Of a DNA stretch of 64,000 nt, positions 59,546 to 64,000 are shown piece by piece. The notes beneath the pieces were generated by a model, which was given only the letters and a program-made list of their open reading frames with translations, did no database searches and had not been told where the DNA came from. This DNA is from Candidatus Latescibacterota bacterium (GTDB taxonomy: Bacteria; Latescibacterota; UBA2968; GCA-2709665). How positions within the stretch are numbered: position 1 is the stretch's first letter; each line of letters starts with the position of its first letter. The stretch is taken from assembly GCA_965226795.1 (NCBI GenBank), contig CBDDDZ010000005.1, forward strand, positions 832,001 through 896,000. Reading direction: 5' to 3'. A program made the position numbers and the translations under genes.

Positions 59546-60481
59546 GTGATCGAGGTTGATCATATTACCAAGCGATACGGATCGTTGGTGGCGGTCAAGG
59601 ACCTGACGTTCAGGGTGGAGAAGGGAGAAGTGGTCGGATTTCTCGGCCCCAATGGCGCGGGCAAGACCACCACCATGCGCATCCTGACGTGTTATCAGCC
59701 GGCCACGCTGGGCACCGCCCGGGTGGCCGGCTTCGACGTGTTCGACGAACCGATGGAGGTCAAGAGGCGAATTGGGTACCTGCCGGAACATCCGCCCGTC
59801 TACAACGACATGTACGTACGGTCGTATCTGGATTTTGTGGCGCAGATAAAGGGCGTGCCGTCACGGAATCGCAGGTCCCGGGTGGAAGACGCGATGGAAC
59901 GATGCGGGATCGCGGAACGGGCGAAGCAGCTGATCGGCCAACTGTCCAAGGGTTATCGGCAACGCGTCGGCATCGCCCAGGCCATACTGCACGATCCGGA
60001 CGTGATTATCCTGGATGAACCGACCATCGGACTGGATCCCAACCAGATCCAGGAGATACGCCGGGTGATCCGCGGATTGGGCCGGGAACACACGGTGATT
60101 CTGAGCACGCATATTCTGCCCGAGGTGGAAATGACCTGCGACCGCGTGATCATCATCAACAGGGGTCAGATTGCGGCCGTGGATACACCGGCGAACCTGA
60201 CAGCCAGGGCGTCGGGAAGCCGGCGGTATTACGTTGCGGTGTCGAGCGACCTGGATGCTGCCGAGGAAGCCATTGGGACAGTCCCGGGTGTCGTCGGTGT
60301 TATTAGGGCAAGCAACAACCTGGCGTTACATGTCGACGTGTCCGGTGAAACCGATATGCGCCCGTCGATTGCGTCGAGGCTGGTAGAGCGCGGTCTGGGG
60401 CTGGTGGAATTGAGACCGGTTACGGCCAGCTTGGAAGACATTTTCCACGAACTGACAACACGCGAGGAGTCAGGCCCCTGA
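59546..60481 (+). CDS. GldA-like ABC-2 ATP-binding protein
   Basis: 'GPNGAGKTT', 'LSKGYRQR', 'ILDEP' and 'STH'. Confidence 0.93.
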   Translation: MIEVDHITKRYGSLVAVKDLTFRVEKGEVVGFLGPNGAGKTTTMRILTCYQPATLGTARVAGFDVFDEPMEVKRRIGYLPEHPPVYNDMYVRSYLDFVAQIKGVPSRNRRSRVEDAMERCGIAERAKQLIGQLSKGYRQRVGIAQAILHDPDVIILDEPTIGLDPNQIQEIRRVIRGLGREHTVILSTHILPEVEMTCDRVIIINRGQIAAVDTPANLTARASGSRRYYVAVSSDLDAAEEAIGTVPGVVGVIRASNNLALHVDVSGETDMRPSIASRLVERGLGLVELRPVTASLEDIFHELTTREESGP

Positions 60482-61257
60482 TGGGAAATATCGCAGCGAT
60501 TTTCTGGAAAGAAATGCGCTCCTATTTCGGCTCGCCGATCGCCTACGTGGTTGCTGCGGGTTTCCTGGTGCTGATGGGTTATCTGTTCCAGAACGAGATC
60601 GTGGAGTTTCGTGCCAAATGCCTGAATTACACATTTCAGCATCAGGAGCACGGCGTCGATCCACCGAATGTGAACGAGGACGTCGTGTTTCACTTTTTCC
60701 TCAGCCAGTGTCTCGTCTGGCTGGTCGTAACGCCAATGCTGACGATGCGGCTGTTCGCGGAGGAGAAGGGTTCCGGGACGATCGAACTCCTGATGACATC
60801 GCCCTTGACGACATGGCAGGTCATACTTGGCAAATTCGCGGCCTGTCTCGGGCTGTATGTCATTATTGAACTGTTGCTTCTCTCGTTGGTCCTTGTCGTG
60901 TCGCTTTACGGCGATTTGAATTGGGCCCGGGTGCTGTCCGCCTGTGTCGCCGTTCTTCTGCTTGGAGGGTCGTTCATCAGTGTGGGCATTCTGGCCTCCT
61001 CGCTGACCGACAAACAGATCGTCGCGGTCGTCATCGCGTTTGTTCTTCTTCTTCTCCTCTTTGTCGTGCGGTATTCGCCCGAACTCATAGGCCGCGAATG
61101 GGCAACCGTTCTTTTCTATCTGTCGTTGATCGATCACACGAGGGATATGGCGCGGGGTGTGATCGAAAGCAGCGACGTGATCTTTTTTCTGAGCTTTACG
61201 TTTTTCTTTCTGTTCCTTACACGCACCGCGCTTGAATCCCGCCGCTGGAGGCAATAG
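60481..61257 (+). CDS. GldF-like ABC-2 permease
   Basis: 'KEMRSYFGSP', 'TMRLFAEEK..GTIELLMTSP' and 'ILGKF'. Confidence 0.9.
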   Translation: MGNIAAIFWKEMRSYFGSPIAYVVAAGFLVLMGYLFQNEIVEFRAKCLNYTFQHQEHGVDPPNVNEDVVFHFFLSQCLVWLVVTPMLTMRLFAEEKGSGTIELLMTSPLTTWQVILGKFAACLGLYVIIELLLLSLVLVVSLYGDLNWARVLSACVAVLLLGGSFISVGILASSLTDKQIVAVVIAFVLLLLLFVVRYSPELIGREWATVLFYLSLIDHTRDMARGVIESSDVIFFLSFTFFFLFLTRTALESRRWRQ

Positions 61258-61260
61258 AGA

Positions 61261-62631
61261 ATGATCGGCTTTTTAGGGACACGCGTGGTAAAGTACGGTT
61301 CGAGTACGCTGGTTGCCGTCCTGGCGTTGCTCGCGAGCCTGGTCACGATCAACTTCCTCGCCACGCGCTATCATCATCGCATTGACATTACCGAGGGCGG
61401 AATGCACAGCGTGTCTGATCAGACCGCGACGTTGCTGGATTCTCTGACGACGGATGTGCACGTCCTGGCATTTTTCCACGAAACCGACCCGGAAGCGGCC
61501 GAATTCAAGGAAAGGCTCGAAACCTACGCCAACCACTCGGACCGCTTTACTTATACAATGGTCGATCCCGCGGTACAGCCCGGAGAAGCCAGACGATACA
61601 GGGTGGATAAGTCGCGGATCTCGGTGGTGATGTCGGATGGACGGGAAGAGCGCGTTGCGGGAACCGAGGAAAATAACCTGACCAACGCGGTTGCCAAGGT
61701 GGTCCGGAAGCGGGAGAAAACCGTCTATTTCTCGGCGGGCCATGGAGAGCGGTCGCTAAAGGCCCCGGAAGGCGATTTCATCCGCGTCGGGCAGGCGTTG
61801 CGGGAGGTCGGTTACGTGGTCCGGGATACACTCGTTCTGGATGCCGGAAAGGGTGTGCCGGCGGATTGCGACTTACTGATCGTGGCCGGTCCGACGGCAG
61901 CATTTTCCAGGATCGAAGTGGATTCGATCGGCAGCTATCTGGACGGCGGCGGATCCGGGTTTTTTATGCTCGACCCCCCTGGCGATACGGGCCTGGAATC
62001 GCTGCTGGCGCGATGGGGCATCCAGGTCAACAACGACTATGTCCTGGGATGGGGACCGGGCGATCCCTCGATGCCGGGTTCGGTCTGGTACGCGAGGCAT
62101 CCGGTTACGGAAAAACACCTCAAACGTAATCTGAGGACGTTCTACAGACTGGCACGGTCCGTCACCCGGAGCGAAACCGCAACCGGCATGCAGACCCATC
62201 AACTTGTGGAGACCCATCCGCGGAACAGTTGGCGGGAGGAGACACTGCCGGACGCGTCAGCGGTTTACGATCCGGGCATCGATTTGCCAGGCCCCGCGTC
62301 GGTGGCGGTCGCTACGTTCGACAGGCCGAAATATCGCCGGTTTCGAACCTCCGACGTGGGGTTGCGCCACACCCGGATTGTCGTCTTTGGCGACTCTGAT
62401 TTTGCGGGCAATGAGTTCTTCGATACGGTGGGCAACGGAGACCTGTTCATGAACGCGGTGAGTTGGCTGATGGAGGAGGGAGATCTGATCTCGATCCGCC
62501 CGAAAATGTGGGCCTTTCGGGGGGTTATCATGTCGGCGGAGGACCTTTTGTGGCTTACGTGGCTCTCCGTTGTGATAATTCCTGCCATACCCGTCGTCAT
62601 CGGGATTGGCGTATGGCGCAGGCGGCGCTGA
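61261..62631 (+). CDS. GldG-family ABC auxiliary protein
   Basis: 'RIDIT', 'VYFSAGHGE', 'IVAGP', 'FGDSDF', 'NAVSWL' and a C-terminal TM with WRRRR. Confidence 0.9.
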   Translation: MIGFLGTRVVKYGSSTLVAVLALLASLVTINFLATRYHHRIDITEGGMHSVSDQTATLLDSLTTDVHVLAFFHETDPEAAEFKERLETYANHSDRFTYTMVDPAVQPGEARRYRVDKSRISVVMSDGREERVAGTEENNLTNAVAKVVRKREKTVYFSAGHGERSLKAPEGDFIRVGQALREVGYVVRDTLVLDAGKGVPADCDLLIVAGPTAAFSRIEVDSIGSYLDGGGSGFFMLDPPGDTGLESLLARWGIQVNNDYVLGWGPGDPSMPGSVWYARHPVTEKHLKRNLRTFYRLARSVTRSETATGMQTHQLVETHPRNSWREETLPDASAVYDPGIDLPGPASVAVATFDRPKYRRFRTSDVGLRHTRIVVFGDSDFAGNEFFDTVGNGDLFMNAVSWLMEEGDLISIRPKMWAFRGVIMSAEDLLWLTWLSVVIIPAIPVVIGIGVWRRRR

Positions 62632-62681
62632 TGCGTCGCCGTGAAACCGATCTCTACGCGTAACACGCACAGGCATGGATT

Positions 62682-64000
62682 ATGAGTTTAAAGACAACAG
62701 GTGGTCTGGTACTGCTTCTGGCCGGGCTGGTCGGGTTTGCCTACTTTTATGAAATTCGCGGCGCCGATGAGCGCGATAAGACCCGCAGGGAAGCGGGGCG
62801 CCTTCTGCGTCTGAAAGCAGACTCGGTCAATGGGCTATCGGTTCACCGGGGTGATACCACCATCGTAATCGTAAAATCGGAGGGTCGGTGGCGGATCCGG
62901 CAACCGGTGGAAACCCGCGGCGACGACGGCGAGATCACGGGATTGATCCGGACGTTACAGAATATGGACCTGGAACGTGTCGTGGCAGACAGCGTCCGTA
63001 TTGCGCGAGGACAGGCCCATCTTTCGGATTTCGGCCTTGACAGGCCGAATCTGGCACTGGCGATTAGACAGGTGGACCGGGTGGATTCTCTCTTCTGGGG
63101 CGATCGAAGTCCAACAGGCCGTTACGGCTATATCAGGTGGTCCGGGCATCCGGGAATACTCGCCGTTGGCGCCCAATTCAGGATGAGAGTGGAGAAAGGG
63201 CTGTTTCAGCTACGGGACAAGCGGGTTGCGGATTTCGATCGGGATAGCGTAAGTAAAGTCGAAATCACAAGAGGGGATGCCCGCGTGGTAATGGAAGCGT
63301 TTTCCGATGAATGGCGCCTCACGTATCCGGTAGTTGACCGCGCCGACAATGCTGCGGTTCAGAAACTGATCAACAGGCTGCATACTGCCGAATTCACGCG
63401 CGTGGTTGCTGAAGAGTCACGCGAACGGGGGCATTACGGCCTGGAGAATCCGACGCTGACCGTATCGATTTTCGACGGCAACCGGGAGAGGAAGACGGTC
63501 ACGATTGGGCGCAGGGGAGATGCGGGCCGATTTCCGCCGTTTTTCGCGGCATTTTCGGCCAGGCGCATGGTTTTTCTGGTCGATTCGACCTTTGTCGCGG
63601 ATATGACGAAAACGGCTTCGGATCTGAGGTTCAAGCGTATCTTTGCATTCGACGCCGCCGGAGTCGACAGGTTGAAGCTGGCGTATCGGGACCGCGTCGT
63701 GGAGTGTGTCAAGGATTACACCGGCGGCGCCTGGCAGGTGCTGCAGCCGAAGCTGCATATTGTCCTGGAACAACGTGTCAGACATTTCTTTCGCACCATC
63801 GAACTGCTCGAGGCCGATGAGTTTGTCGCGGAAAAGCTGATGGATCCGGAGGCGTACGGATTTGATCGTCCGGCATTGGAGGTCACCGTCTGGCGCGGCG
63901 GCGCGGTTGTGCAGAAGCTGATTATCGGCGAAAAGGAGGGCAAGGTGTACGCTATGGGACATCTCCGTCCCCAAGTCGTCCGGTTCGATCACAAGCATCT
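62682..64000 (+). CDS. DUF4340-like protein (partial, runs off the window)
   Basis: MSLKTTGGLVLLLAGLVGFAYFYEIRG... with repeated '(F/Y)GL..P' and 'LR.KR' units. Follows gldG as is typical; absent from the ORF track because no stop is reached. Confidence 0.8.
   Translation, partial: MSLKTTGGLVLLLAGLVGFAYFYEIRGADERDKTRREAGRLLRLKADSVNGLSVHRGDTTIVIVKSEGRWRIRQPVETRGDDGEITGLIRTLQNMDLERVVADSVRIARGQAHLSDFGLDRPNLALAIRQVDRVDSLFWGDRSPTGRYGYIRWSGHPGILAVGAQFRMRVEKGLFQLRDKRVADFDRDSVSKVEITRGDARVVMEAFSDEWRLTYPVVDRADNAAVQKLINRLHTAEFTRVVAEESRERGHYGLENPTLTVSIFDGNRERKTVTIGRRGDAGRFPPFFAAFSARRMVFLVDSTFVADMTKTASDLRFKRIFAFDAAGVDRLKLAYRDRVVECVKDYTGGAWQVLQPKLHIVLEQRVRHFFRTIELLEADEFVAEKLMDPEAYGFDRPALEVTVWRGGAVVQKLIIGEKEGKVYAMGHLRPQVVRFDHKH

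Overview
GC-rich bacterial chromosomal segment. The gene content (PhyH dioxygenase, NHL and FG-GAP/CRTAC1 proteins, heparinase-like and ceramidase-like proteins, Gld-type ABC genes) resembles uncultured lineages such as Latescibacterota/Poribacteria, but this taxonomy is inference only. About 50 CDS/pseudogenes are supported; no rRNA, tRNA, CRISPR array or intact transposase was seen. Main blocks: (1) 1-4.3 kb hydrolase/dioxygenase operon; (2) 4.5-8.1 kb NHL lipoprotein, TlpA thioredoxin, outer-membrane barrel and methyltransferase, where the barrel gene has a signal peptide, an in-frame TGA and a SECIS-like hairpin (candidate new selenoprotein); (3) 8.5-21.2 kb methylated-amine/C1 cluster (mgsC/glxD-like, tdm, amt, fhs, gmaS) that lacks tmm and dmm but carries an ACAD-fold protein without the catalytic Glu, coupled to tdm, plus a flavin reductase (candidate two-component amine N-oxygenase); (4) 21.3-34.3 kb minus-strand catabolic run; (5) rhodanese/MauE and FG-GAP/ASPIC genes, NhaC, K+ channel; (6) 46.8-54.3 kb decayed accessory region (duplicated gene end, HigBA, type ISP and ParE remnants, collapsing polyamine ABC transporter, frameshifted PLD nuclease-NTPase); (7) TPR lipoprotein with a structured leader, MoxR, DUF58, Gld ABC and DUF4340 running off the end. 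Family assignments come from motif recognition, not database searches.
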